Source: Camelus dromedarius (Eukaryota). From it: a stretch of 64,000 nt of DNA. Of this stretch, positions 25,620-38,849 are shown piece by piece. Position 1 is the stretch's first letter; each line of letters opens with the position of its first letter. A program made the translations under genes and the position numbers. The stretch spans positions 6,138,001 through 6,202,000 of the forward strand of contig NC_087436.1 of the NCBI RefSeq assembly GCF_036321535.1. The letters run 5' to 3'. Under the pieces are notes generated by a model. The model was not told the DNA's origin, searched no databases, and was given only the letters and a program-made list of their open reading frames with translations.

Positions 25620-25850
25620 ATAATTCAGGCATCAGCTCAGATTTAACCTCCTCAGAATGACTTAGTTTGATCATCCCATCTAAATTAGACCCTCACTCTT
25701 AAGAAATTCTCTGTAACCTGAGCCTGTTTGAGTGTCTGTGTAAACTTAACTACAATCAGAATACACCTGGATTACCCGCACCTGTTTCCATCTCCCTCCA
25801 GTTTTCTATGGTTGTTCATCACTGTCTCACCAGGGCCCAGAATAGTGCTT
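25620..25850 (+). mobile_element. L2 3' end, interrupted by an LTR
   Basis: tcagctcagatttaacctcctcaga...ttcatcactgtctcaccagggcccagaatagtgctt. Confidence 0.6.
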
Positions 25851-25853
25851 AAC

Positions 25854-26589
25854 TATAACCGAGCAAGACCCTATTATTACCGGTGACCATCTGAGTCTGC
25901 AATGGTCTTTGTAACTGCCTAACCGTATCATGGTATAAAAGGTTTTCTTATGCTCTTGGTGACCAAGATTGGACTGGAAAGGAGGGAGGCTTGGGTGGTC
26001 CCCCCACCCCCTTCTGGTGCTGTGTGCAGGGGTCATGCTCAGTGCCCTGCTCCTGACCCCAGTGCCCTGCTCTTGACCCCTTATGGTTTCTTTGTATCCT
26101 GTTGTTCCAGCTGCAGGCCTCAGCCTGCAGCAGGAGGTCCCAGGCATCACACAGCCTTCTCAAAAGGCTAAAAGCATTTATCAACCTGACTTTAAAGTGC
26201 ACAAGTTTTCTCTGGAGCTCTTTTCCATGGAGCCCCTTCTTATGCACACTTTGTTCTAGGAACAAGAATATTAAGAGAATCCCAAAGCCAGAGGTGAACT
26301 TCATACCCAGTAGAGGGAAGGGGGTCTGCAAAAATAAGAACAACATTGCAAAAATTTGTTACCCTGACTGTGATCTCTATGGAAACCAGCTCTGCCCCTT
26401 GAACTCTTGAACTTTTACTATAAAACCCCCTGCCTTCTCTCCCCAGCAGACTCATGGTCTTTGAAGCAGTAGCCCACTGTGATCTCCTTTGCCTGCAAAG
26501 AAATAAAGCTGCCTTTTATACTTCATTTAAAACTCAGTCCTTGAGTCTCAATTTGGTAAGTGGAGTGCCGAGGCTGAGTTTCTGCAACA
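25854..26589 (+). mobile_element. Solo LTR, ERV1-like
   Basis: tataaccgagcaagaccct start (likely a decayed TGTAAC), TATAAAA near 26419, AATAAA near 26502, end ctgCAACA; TSD not clean. Confidence 0.8.
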
Positions 26590-26609
26590 GGACTAGTACT
26601 AGAAATAAT

Positions 26610-26800
26610 AATACCTTCCATTTATTCATCTTGTACACACCTTACTTCGTGCACTTTACCTGCATTGACCACTTAATCCTCATGGCAACCTTGTAATATA
26701 GATGCAATATGACACTCATTTCACAGATGAGACAATGGAGGCAAAGAGTGGTCAGAGACATGCCCATAATCACACATCTGATGAGTTCTCAGGCAACACT
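26610..26800 (-). mobile_element. MIR
   Basis: cttaatcctcatggcaacc...catttcacagatgagacaatggaggc core. Confidence 0.7.
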
Positions 26801-29530
26801 CTAGTCTACCTCCAAGGAGGCACAACACAGAGTTGTTAAAAAAAAAATGACTAGATACTCTAGATTTGGGGCAAGTACCCGCATATACAGAGGTGGATAA
26901 GACCTAAGCTCTAGGGCATGGCCATGAGTCTATGTGAGGGAAAGACACAGGCAGTGAATGAGTGAGACAACACTTCAACTTGTACAGTGATCCATGTCAA
27001 CTACATCTCAATGAAATGGGGAGAAAAACAAGCAAGAAAGACAGATTCATTACGTCACTGGAAATGCTTTGACAGAAGCTTTTACAGGGCACTAGGAGAG
27101 AAAAAATGAGGACATGGCATTTCCTTTGGTGCCAAGGTTCCATTTTCTGAAGAGGTCTGATGGCCAATGTCTGTTTTGAGAGAGAAGAGTAAATTTGGGG
27201 GCCTTACATGGGCAGCAGTGGGCATCTCTAACTGAAATATCATATAATACAGTGAGAAAATGTCTGAAAGACATAAATGAGCTTGACAACCCCCCAAAAC
27301 ACTGCTTGAGGTTTATTTACACTGCAGCATATCAATGGCTGTAGCCGAATGTGGTTCCCACAAAAGCCAAGCTGTTACCATGGATACACGAACAAATGAC
27401 CAAATGGAGGCAGAGTCTGTAACCATCACTAAACTCTTACAGAATCAGTGCCAATGAGCATTCCTTCATTATAAGTGATTCCGTCTTTACAAAAATTAAG
27501 CATAGGAAATTGCATCATTTATTTCAAGAAGAGTAAGAAATGTAGAAAATAGAACCCCTGGTCATTGCTGTCAGCAGATAAAAGAGTTTAAAATGATCAT
27601 TCATTGCTGTTAAAGTCTGCTTGTCACTATACTTGATAGTTTAAATATTATTGTTTTAAAATTGGGAGAGTTGGTTTTGATCATCACAAAAAGCATTCAG
27701 AAATTGCCACATTTTATGAGGTACTTATAATGAAAATGCATCTATTCAGTTTCAGAACACTGAGAGGTTAACATATGCCAACCATTTGAGGACGGTTAAG
27801 GAAAAACACGAGCTTGATCATTTTCCATATCCTCTATAAGCATTGGCTTTTAGTGAAGTGGAAGAATACGCATCCTTAACTAGCATCATGTAACATATTC
27901 CCGTATATCAGGTAATTTTGTAAGTAATTTAAATCTTATTTTCATTTTCTGTCTTTTTTAAAATTAAGTCTTAAGCTCAATTTGGATCGTGGAATTTAAG
28001 AATGTTATTCTTAACCATTCTAGAAGGCTTAATTTGGTTATTTAGAGAGGCCTCTGTTCACAGATAGGAGGTCCTTCTCAATTTCCTTAACGACTGAAAG
28101 GCTGGAATCATCCTATGAGCATCGTTCTTGAGTTCGCTGTTAGCTTGTGTTTAATTAGTCAGAGATGTTGACGACCAAAGGCGTCTTTTTCATGAACTAT
28201 GATCCATTAGATATAAACACGGTGTTTAAACTGCCCAACTATGTATACATAAATGCAAATATGAATGTAACATGATTGGCTTGAGTAACTCTTGAGAAAC
28301 ATGAAGTAATCTTTAACAGATGATCTTTAAGGTACTTTGTGGGGAGAGATTTTTTTCCCTATGAAGGTCATTACCTTCCTGTCATCAGTATTTAGTGCAA
28401 TAGTTTTATAGAGTTTCTGTCTAATACGTTTCTGGAAAATGTTCATTCTCTATCCAATCCATCAGAAGAAATTCTTCAGAGTTGAAGGATGGGTTCTTTC
28501 TTGTTTTGACATAAATCGAAGGGGCACAGGAGTGAGACTACCATGCTGTGCTTGGCAAGCTCGATGTAGGATTTCTTGAAATGTATCTCTTCTGCTGGAA
28601 ATGTTCTCAGTTAACATTAGGATAAAGGAAGAAATGGCCTATAGAATGGACTTCCAATCAGTCATAATGCTTATATTATATGAAAGTAAAAGCTCTCCAG
28701 AAAAGAAAATCAAATAAATATTAAGAACACATATTGTATACTGGAAATATGCTGAAATTTTTTATTTGAATTTCCTTAAATAGCTAATTATCTTCCACTG
28801 AATGGTATTTGGAGGAGAATGAGAACGAAGAACCCATGAAATATGACTAAAGAGAACAGAAATTAAAGACCTGTGGTATCTCTTCTGACAGTGGGGAGAT
28901 CAAATTGTAAGGATATTTGATATTCAAGTTAAGAAACAGGAAAGGAAACATAATGTTCTCAATAGCTCATGATCAAAAAGAAAAGATGGTTTGATTTGTT
29001 CTTTGTAAGAAAGTAAGTTACATTTTTGTTCAACCTCCTCATTCAAATTTGCTGAAATGGGTCTGATCTATCCTTTAAAATTGGACAATTTCACTCCTTC
29101 AATTTAGAAAAAAAAATAAAAACCTTATAGGACCTTTGTTGAGTTCACAGCATCGGGCAAGTTCCTGTAAATAGGGGGAGATCCAAGACTTGCTGATGGG
29201 TGAATTGTTTGAGGACCTTTTTTCAGAAAGCATTTGAAGCATCCTCTCCATGGGCATTTTCCAGTTCTGGAGGTAGTTTTCAATTCGAAGGGAGCTAATG
29301 ACAGTTGTTTCGAATCAAAAATGCTCAGACAGGGCCAGGGGTTACTGGAAGAGCCAACAGTCCCCAGCACACGGGTCCTTCCGCTGTGGCCACAGACCAA
29401 CCGCACAGCTGTCAGAAGACGGTTCTGTCTTCAGATTTCAACAGCTACAGAAGCAGTGCCTCCTTACAGGGTGTCACACACATCACCTGAGCCGGTCCTG
29501 GGTCGTGTAGAAAAGGCTGTCTTTTCCCCT

Positions 29531-29675
29531 TGTAATAAGCCTAATGGAAAAGAAACGGAAAAAATACTTACATCTATAGATACATATATATATAGATACA
29601 TATATTTGTATAACTGAATCACTTTGCTCTACACCTGAAACTAACATTGTAAATCGACTACACTTCAATAAAACA
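29531..29675 (+). mobile_element. LINE-1 3' end fragment
   Basis: tgtaataagcctaatggaaaagaa...tgtataactgaatcactttgctctacacctgaaactaacattgtaaatcgactacacttcaataaaa. Confidence 0.85.
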
Positions 29676-31060
29676 GAAGACAGACACCTGGCTCATAAAA
29701 GTAAGCCAAGATCTCTAGGAAGTGCTCTGATTCAGGTGCGGTTGGCCAAGGAGTTAAGGATAAATGTCAAAAAGCTGTATTTATCTTTAGTATTTCTTTC
29801 TTTTACATGACACTAAAATATTTTCATGTATTCTTTGATTGAAGATACATTATTAATATTTTCATTGAAGCTACTTTTTTTTCTGTCAAATACATTTTAT
29901 GTATCTTGCCTTTCCACATACAAAGAGAACTCTTTTATTTTTTTTTTTTCCTTTTACTGATTGGACTTCTTTCTTTTCTAATTTAGTACATGCAAAAGAT
30001 TTTTAAATTCCACCTATGATCAGGAATCACTTGACTCCTGGATACGACTTTTCAGAGATAATCACGCTAAGGTCTTTTAAATTTCCCTCAGTTACACCGG
30101 TGGTTACATGGGTGACATTTTTGCTAGATACGTAAGTCAAGAAAAATTGTTAACCACAGCACTACGGGGAATTGTTTGGGAGATACTCTTTGAGTCAGAA
30201 TCCAAACTACCGCCCTTAATATTTTTTAACACTACGTTTCATCCATGTAACAAATATATATTTCCCAGTCCTTTGTTCCAGAATGTTGTTTGAGTAATAA
30301 GCAGGCATTGTAGCCTCAGTGCCTGGAAGAACTGCCTTCTTCTTTAATTACTGTATCTTCAGTAATGAGGAAAAACTTAAAACGTGAAATCAATAAATGC
30401 TAGATGGTCTACGATTCCACTAGGAAGAATCCTAATTTGTGAATTATTTATTTTGACAGGTTAAAAAATTTCCTTTTAAGTTGAAACATGTGAAATTTAT
30501 GAAAAGACAGGAATACCCCATGTGCATTGTTTTCAGTATTTCTGTCTAATTCCCCTCTCGCTAGACTAACTTTTTTTTAATTCCTGGGAACTATCTTTGA
30601 AAAGCATCAAATAACCTAATACATATGCATTTATTTATTGAATTTAATTATAATCACAAAATATTAACATTAGAAAGCATTAAGGTGTCGAGTCTCAAAG
30701 TGATCTCCAGATTCAAGCCTTTATTTTCATTTGAATTTCTTTAAAAATGGTACAACTTTTCAGAGGTCACTCAGTTAGCAGTTGACAGGAATAAAATTCA
30801 AGCCTCCTCCTTTCAGAATGCATGCTCTTTACTGAAACCTTTTCTTTTTTCTCTCTCTCTCTCAATGCTTTTGGTTAAAAAATTTTCCGCAGTGCCAGAC
30901 CATCCTTCCTGATATGGTAAAGATTAAAAAAAAAAGGACATATTCACTCCGAAACCACCAGGCTGACACAGGTAAGGATCGTGTTCTGGGTAACACTGGT
31001 ATCGAGGAATAGTGCGGAAGAGAATGCCCTTCTCCTCAGGGGATGGATGCAGACTGCTTT

Positions 31061-31265
31061 TTTTTAACTGAAGTATAATCAGTTACAATGTGTCAATTTC
31101 TGGTGTACGGCACAATGCTTCAGTCATACCTATACATACATATATTTATTTTCATATTCTTTTTCGTTATAGGTTACTGCAAGATATTGAATACAGTTCC
31201 CTGTACTATACAGAAGAAATCTGTTTCTCATCTGTTTTATATATAGTAGTATTTGCACATCCCGG
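31061..31265 (-). mobile_element. LINE-1 3' end fragment with TSD
   Basis: Antisense L1 tail; TSD gactgcttt (31052-31060 / 31266-31274). Confidence 0.88.
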
Positions 31266-31829
31266 GACTGCTTTCAAAAATGAAGTTTAGAAATAACTTT
31301 TTGTGCCATGAGATATGTCCACGTTATAGTAATAACTGTGAGAAGGAGGCTGCGAGTTGGCTTCATAATCACTGTCACATTATCATAATTATGTATGTAA
31401 ATCATGCAGAAAAAAGAACACTAAGAAGCCAGATGTTCTCTGTGGATAGCAAGGTTGATCACTGAGGACTTTTGGCCTTTTTCCTTTTCTGTATTTACAA
31501 ATGTTCTACAATACATACTAATTATTTTTAAATTTGAAAACATAAGACTCATGCTTCTAAAAAGATTTTGAACATTAAGGCATTGCACAGAAAGCAGCCC
31601 TTTCCCTCTGTGGTCTCTCTGTTGGCTCTCATTCAAGTTTTCTTGCTGGTCCTTTCTCTCCTGAACGTGTCCCATGGCGTCAGATCGTGAACACCGAAGG
31701 CTTATTGTGTTAGAATTACTTGAACGAATATGCTTTCTCTTAAAACACATGAGTGTCTAATCATTGTAATACTGGCCTGTAATAGAGCTCAAAATGTAAA
31801 ACAGAACCAGGCCATCTGGAAAGGAGAGC

Positions 31830-32010
31830 CCCTCAGCCCTGGCGCTTGCTAGCTGGGTGACCCTGCACAAGTGACTTAGCCTCTCTGTGTTTCATTTCTC
31901 TCCAATATTAAAGAAGAGTATTAACTGAGTCCACCTCACAGACTGTTGCAAGATTAAACGAGCTACTCTGCGTGGGCATTTAGGAGAGCGTCTCACATAT
32001 ACTAAGTTCC
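31830..32010 (+). mobile_element. MIR
   Basis: ctagctgggtgaccctgcacaagtgacttagcctctctgtgtttcatttc core. Confidence 0.75.
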
Positions 32011-33539
32011 CTACACGCATTTGGATCCCTCCAGATTTTGGTGGACTTACCCGTGTTGGCTCTGCTGCTATATATATGCCATCATTTCCTCTTGGTGCTT
32101 CTCTGATGCCCCCGAGGGCTCCATGGTGAAACAGACCCTGCTCATCTTGTCACCACGAGGTCCCAACTCCTATCATAATGCGTGACCCCTGGTACAGACT
32201 CTAGACATGTTCGTTGGATGAATAAAAGCATGATGACTATGACAGCCGTAAGTCTGTGTTTAAAAATACAGTCTGTTATTTGGGTATCATATAGTCAGCT
32301 ATCTGGAAATTTCAGGGCTCCCTCCTTCTGGCCACGAACAGCTAGAAGCAGTCTCAGCCGGACCGTCTCTGTGGGTTCTCCCGCTATTGTTTGTACATTT
32401 CGAGTGAGCATCTGTTGCTCTTTAATGACCTCTCATTCTTCCTTGATGCAGAGCTTATGTTGAATCTAAGCAAAGAGTGGCGTTTTCTGAATGGGGTCAA
32501 CATGTGTTTCCCATCTGGCTGTTTCCGGTGTTGCTTTCAAAGTCTATACATTCAAGGACCAGAGAAGCGTCTCTGTGTCAGCGGCAACACTTCACACGAA
32601 GAGGGTCCACTGGCCTGGTCACCTGACTCAGGGTCACAGACACAACATTGCTTAAGAGTAACTTTACAAAGCATCAAAGCACGGAAGATTTGAAAGACCG
32701 GCCCAGAATGTTCTGGAATTGCAAATGGCTCCACGGATCCACGGATGCGTTTTTCCATTCCCTGCGCTTGGTGTTTAGGGGCATGTGAGACGTATGGGCC
32801 TTTTTTATTTTATTTTTTACTTTAGGAGATAATTTATAACTGAGTAGGATAGTAGGGTTGGAGCTCAAATGTGCCTGTTAAGCATACTTAATACTTCCTC
32901 ATAAACTTTATTTTTCTAGCACTAAGTGTGTTGTGAAAAAGAAAATAAAGAATAGGGGATCTTAACCCTGGGATCACATCCAGCCTGCTGAGAGCTTTTC
33001 AGTTCTGATTTAGCACAATCACAGGATGTGGGAGGGCATTTCAAAATATTTAAGTGCTTCTATAAGCCTGAGACTGGAAATGAATCACAGAGCCATTTTT
33101 CATCTTGTCAGCCGCCGACATCATGCTTAAGGAATTCTTACAGCACAACATGTGCCTCTTCAGGGTACCAGCCATTCTGTTCCCTGATACCAGACCAAAG
33201 CAGCAGTCCCTGCAAAGCAAGTTTGGAAATACACAATCATCACTTCTGAAGTATAGACACGTGTAAAATTCATGATTAATCAGGATGTTCATCTCTCACA
33301 AAGATGGCCCTGCCACAGCAAATTTAACAACCCACACACCCTGGCTTAAGAGGCGTTAATCTTAACCTAAACAATGTTAAGATTATAAACATATTATCTA
33401 TCTGGATTTCACCTGGCACAAAAGGAGCTGTAAATCTAAGCAGAGCGATTTTGATGTATTATTGCTGATTCCCAGATGTCCCGAGGAAAAGCCGGTAAGA
33501 TTGAGTGGTAGCCAAGCCTTTATTTACCACATCTAGTCC

Positions 33540-33665
33540 AGAATTTCTTTCTCTGGGGCTGCACTTTAGGATTGCTGGGGAGCCTTTATAAATCTCTACA
33601 CCCAGGTCCAACCCCAAACCAATTAAATCAAACTCACTAAGTGTGGGAACCCAGAAGTTTTCCTA
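33540..33665. mobile_element. MER5-like hAT fragment
   Basis: ggctgcactttaggattgctggggagcctt...cccaggtccaaccccaaaccaattaaatcaaact. Confidence 0.55.
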
Positions 33666-33764
33666 TACAAAGCCAACGGAAGAACCAGCGCTCTAGTTTT
33701 ACCCTGCTGGGTTGGGCAAGACGGTAGACGCTATCTCTGGGCATGTTGGGTGACTAAAGGCAGC

Positions 33765-33891
33765 ATTTTGTTTTTGGTTTTGTTTCTTTTTTTTTTTCTT
33801 TTTTTTTTTTTTTTTTAGTGGTGGTACCTGAACCCAGGACCTCATGCACGCTAAGCATGCGCTCTGCCACTGAGCTGTACCCTCCCCCATC
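33765..33891 (-). mobile_element. tRNA-derived SINE (Vic-1-like)
   Basis: Long poly-T, SINE body, imperfect TSD aaggcagc / aaggcggc. Confidence 0.9.
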
Positions 33892-33914
33892 AAGGCGGCT
33901 TTTGCTATGAATAT

Positions 33915-34085
33915 GCTGGCACGTTTTTTAACATCCTTTCCCTGTAGGATCATTCAGTCCACCCTAATGAGTAGAAGCTATTATTATCATCCCCATTTCA
34001 CAGATGAAGAACCAAAGGAAGAGAGAGGTCGTACAACTAGGAATGGTGGAGGGGGATTCAAATCCGGGTATTTGATGACACAAAG
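33915..34085 (-). mobile_element. MIR
   Basis: attatcatccccatttcacagatgaagaaccaaagg...ggattcaaatcc. Confidence 0.7.
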
Positions 34086-35030
34086 ATATTCTTTCAACAA
34101 GTATCTTTGAGTTCACATAATATACCAAATAAAGTGTCAAAGTACTTGCCATTTAAGGCAATAAAAAAGGAGATGCATTCTACCAATAAAAAACCTAATT
34201 ATCAGCAACTGTCTTACCGTATGTGCTGGAATTAAACATAAAAAAAAAAAAAAGGTTGCCCTCCATAGTATCCTGGAAAAATTGTGATGCTAACTGAACA
34301 ATAGATAGAACTAAAGATGATCAAAATTCTGTATCCATTGACATATGTCTGGCTTCCAAGTGGTCAGCAAAGTGGAATCATAGCCACTGTGATTCCAGCA
34401 ACATTGAGCCAGACTCTAACCGTGCTGTTCACACATACTCAGCCTCTGGATGAAACAATGCTCAAGGAACAGAATGCATATGAACAGAGAACAGATTCCA
34501 CAGTGTAATTAATCCACATTCTCTCTAACTCTGGAAATGGGGTGCTGTTTAAGACATGCCTTCAGCAGGGGCATCCCCAAGGACAGGGTGGCTACAGTTA
34601 AAATGACCTAATTTATGTGCAGTGTAAGGACCACACTTCTCCTCATCCTGCATACTAATGCTGACTTCCCGCTTTCACGCAAAGCAGAGAGGTCTGCGGA
34701 GGACTTAAATGATATTTTACTCCATTGCTGAAATGAAGAATATTTGCTGTATTTAAGAAAATTCCATAGGTTGGAAAGCAATAGTTTGAAGATATCAAAT
34801 GCATTCTCTCTTTTATCTAGAGATGAACAAGCCAATTTAGACCCAAATCTTAACAATGTTCTCATATAAGTAAATGATCTTATTTTAGTAAATAATATGT
34901 GATCTTATATAAGTAAATGATCTTATAAAAATAAAAGTAAATCTTACATATGTACATGTGAGTTTGAAACAAACAAGCTTGTTGAGGAAATCTTTTAAGA
35001 AATAAATTTGAGAAAGACTGGGGAAATAAT

Positions 35031-35595
35031 CATATCAGTTACTAATGCTGTAAAACAAATCTCCCAAAAATCTTAGTGTCATAAAACAACAATACTATTT
35101 CTCATGATTTTTATCTGTTAGAAATCCATAAGTAACTTGGCTGGGCAGATGTAGCTGAGTGACTCATGAAATTGCAGTGAGGTTGCAGGTGAAAATGGGA
35201 CAACTGGGGCTGACCGTCTATCTCATTCTCTTCCCATAATCTCATAGCTTTTCCATGTGGTCTCCTTGGGTGGGACAGCTTGAACTTCCTGACATCACGG
35301 TGACTTTATGGCAGTAGAACTACTCGTATTTCAGCCAAGACTCCACAGGGACTGGTTCGGTGAGAAAGATGGAAAAGCTGAAATTCTACTTATGACTTGA
35401 TCTTGGAAGTCATCAAGCAACACTTGGGTCAAACTTGACCAGTCGAAACCGTCTCAACAGTCTTCTGTGTTTCAAGTGCGTGGGATGGAAGTCTAACCTC
35501 TCAACGGAAGGGGCGTGAAAGACACACGTCAGAAAATCACATGGCTTGAGAGGTACCGTAGTGACCATCTTTGGAAATTACAGTCTTTCATCACA
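35031..35595 (-). mobile_element. MaLR LTR (MLT1-like)
   Basis: atcagttactaatgctgtaaaacaaatctcccaaaaatcttagtg...gaccatctttggaaattacagtctttcatcaca. Confidence 0.7.
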
Positions 35596-36859
35596 ACATC
35601 TCCCATCCCTCAAGGTCTCCTGACAATACATCCTTCATACTTCTTCCATTCAGAGGTTAGAGTTTTATCACACGCCAGCTGGTTTTTCATGAGGCAATAG
35701 CAACAATAAAGATAATACTATGATAATAAAAATAACAGAATATCTCACTTGATCGTATTATTACTTCCATTTTATAGTTGCAAAAATTGAGCTTCAGTGA
35801 GTACTTAGCATGCCCAGGATGACACCGTGGATAGCATAGCTAACATCGAAGCACAGATCTATTTCTAATTCCAGTTGTTTTCCATTGCACTACATCATTG
35901 CAGAATTTTTGTAACATTAACATAATCCATCACCCTCATAAACCTAATTCATCACTGAATGTTTTATTTACCATAAAGACCTACTTCTCAATCGCACTCT
36001 TAAGTGGTGACTCAGCACCAAACTCACCAAAAATAGTGAGAAAATAACCCCATCAAGGGCTTGCAAGTTCTCTGCATAGACCAGACTCTGAGCTTATCCA
36101 TCAGGACTGCTCTACAGTTTATTTAACTTTACTCACATCGTGTTCCCATTTCATATCAGTTGTCCCAGTTTTATTTTTAATTTGTTTAATCTAAATTCCT
36201 AACAGATAACTAAGTCTCCAAGTTAAAGAAGAAAACACTGTGAGGTATGAATTCCTTCAAATTCCCTCCCCGCCACATCAAGCTTATCTTGAACCGTGTT
36301 TATCTCTTTTCACTCTATTCCTGCTGGTGTCCAAAGCTAATCCCTTCCCCTGTGCTTTGGGTCCCCTCCCTTCCTGTCTGCTCCGAGAATTTTCTTTCTT
36401 AATTATGTCCACTTATTTTACCTTCTACCTCCCTTCACTCTTGACGCTTTCTCTTCCTTTTAAAAACAAGCTCAAATTTCTTATCCTGAAAAAAAAAACA
36501 AAACAAACAATCCTGCCCTAGACTGTTCCCCTCTCATTAAGCTCCTCCCCCTCTGGGTTTCCTGTCAAGTCTGAACCACTTGTAAGAATGGTTTATGTTG
36601 GACGCATTCACTTTATTATCTCCTCCTCACTCTGCGGCTCATTTTCTTCTGGTTTCAGCCTCTCCTTTCCTGCAAGCCAGTCTTTTCAGGGATACAGCTC
36701 TTTCGTGTAACTGCCTGAGTAGGGATGTGAAAGTTGGATGTGCGTCCTTTTGTGGTGAATGCCCTTCTCATAGCATTCACCCAAGGGTCAGTAATTGGCA
36801 TGGATAAAGATTTTCCTTGACGAATTTTATCAGCTCCTCAATGAAATTGTTTATTCCCC

Positions 36860-37713
36860 CTTTCCTTTGTATATATGCCCAGGAGTGGAATTGCTCGGTC
36901 ATATGGTAGTTTTATTTTTAATTTCTTGAGGAAACTCCATACTGTCCTCCGTAGAAGCTGTACCAGTTCACATTCCCACCAACAGTGTAGGAGGGTCTCC
37001 TTTACTCAACACTATGTGTTATTATTGGCTTTTTGATAAAAACCATTCTGACAAGTGTGAGGTGATACATCACTGTGGTTTTGATTTGCATTTCCCTGAT
37101 GGCTAGTGATGTTGAGCACCTTTTCGTGTATGTTTTGGCCATTGGTATGTCTTCCTTGGAAAGATGTCTACTTAGATCCTCTCATATTTTTTAACTGGTT
37201 TTCTTTAATTGAGTTTTATGAGTTTCTTGTCTATGTTGGCTGTTAACCCCTTACTGGATATGTGGTTTACGAATATTTCCTCCCAGAGCATAGATTTCCT
37301 TCTCTTTTTAGTGGTAATTTCCTTTGCTGTGCAGAAATTTTTTAGTTTGATGTAGTTGCAGTTGTTTGTTTTTGTTTCCATTGCTGTTGCTGTCAAGTCC
37401 AAAAAAAAAAAAAAATGTTGCCCAGACTGATGTCAGGGAATTTACCCCTTTTGTTTTCTTCTTAGACATTCAGGTCTTAGACTTCTAAGACTCTCAGGTC
37501 TTCTGTTCAAGTCTCTAATCCATTTTGAGTTAATTTTTGTGTACAGTGTAAAATAGTGGCCAATTTCATTCTTTTGCACGTGGCTGTCCAATTTTTCCAA
37601 CAACATTTATTGAAGAGACTTTTCTTCTACTGTATATTTTTAACTCTTGACAAAAATTGACCATAAACACAAGGTTTATTTCTGGACTCTCTTCTCTTCC
37701 ATTGATCCATTTG

Positions 37714-37748
<35 letters not shown>

Positions 37749-38582
37749 TGCCAATATCACACTGTTTAGTTACTACAGCTTTGTGATATACTTTGAAATC
37801 AGGAAGTGTGATGTCTCCAGTAGCTTTGTTCTCCTTTCTCAAGACGACTTTGGCTATTCTGGGTCATTTATGGTTCCAAATAAACTTCAAGATTGGTTTT
37901 CTCCTCTTCTGGATATATAGCCAAACAAATTCATCATCTCGAAGATATAGCTATACCTCCATGTCCACAGCAGCATTATTTGTAAGAGCCAAGGCATGGA
38001 ACAAGCTGTGTCCATCAATAGATGAAAGGATAAAGAAGATGTGATTTCCCTTTCTTCCTGAAGTATCATTCAGCCTTAGGAAAAAGGAGACTGTTATTTG
38101 CAACAACATGAATGAAGCTGAAGGGCGTGATGTTCAGTGAAAGAAGCCAGACAGAGAAAGACAAACACCTCTTGGTATCACTTATGTGTGGAATCTAAAA
38201 ATAAAGTCCAACTCATAGAAGCAGAGTGTAGAAGGGTGGTTTCCAGGGGCCAGAGGGTGGGGGAAATAAGGAGAGGTTGGCTAAAAAGGACAAACCTTCC
38301 GTTATAAGATGAGTGAGATCTGAGAATCTGATGTATAACACGGTGTCTATAGTTGATAACACTGTAATGTATAATTGAAATTTGCTAAGAGAGTAGAACT
38401 TAAGTGTTCTCACCAAAGGGGGAAAAAAAGCAGAAGAAAAATAACAGGTGACTACATGAAGTGATAGACGTGTTAACTCAGTGGGAGGATTACTTTTACA
38501 CTGTATATGCACATCAAATTATTGTATTGTACTTTTTAAATCTCTTATAATAAGTTTATTTCTCAATTATAACTCAATCAAG
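36860..38582 (+). mobile_element. LINE-1 (L1MA-like) with 5' inversion: about 36860-37900 antisense ORF2 end, 37900-38582 sense 3' end
   Basis: Antisense ORF2 peptides (GDITLPDFKVYHKAVVTK; YIKLKNFCTAKE) are followed by a sense L1MA-type 3' UTR. Both parts begin at the same L1 motif (ctcctgggcatatatac / cttctggatatatagcc). Confidence 0.8.
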
Positions 38583-38849
38583 GGAAAAGATTCAGCCCCG
38601 TGACTCCAGCAAAATGCCAGTAGCTTGGAGAGTCAGAACAAAACATTTTCATTACTGTGCTTCTCTCTCAAGCCTACATGGCTTTCAGAGTATGAGTTTT
38701 AATTATAATTAATATCCAGATGGTTCTCATGGTTAAGTGCTTATCTCTTAAAGTCTGGAGAGGCAATTTCAGCCAAAGAGCTAGAAACACTAGGAAATGC
38801 TGTTGCACTGTATTTTATCATTCCTGTCCAGACAGGCAGGGCTGGCCAC

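Noticed and set aside
34608..34865. 85-aa minus-strand ORF
   Set aside because: No recognisable homology or splice context; its length is within chance expectation.
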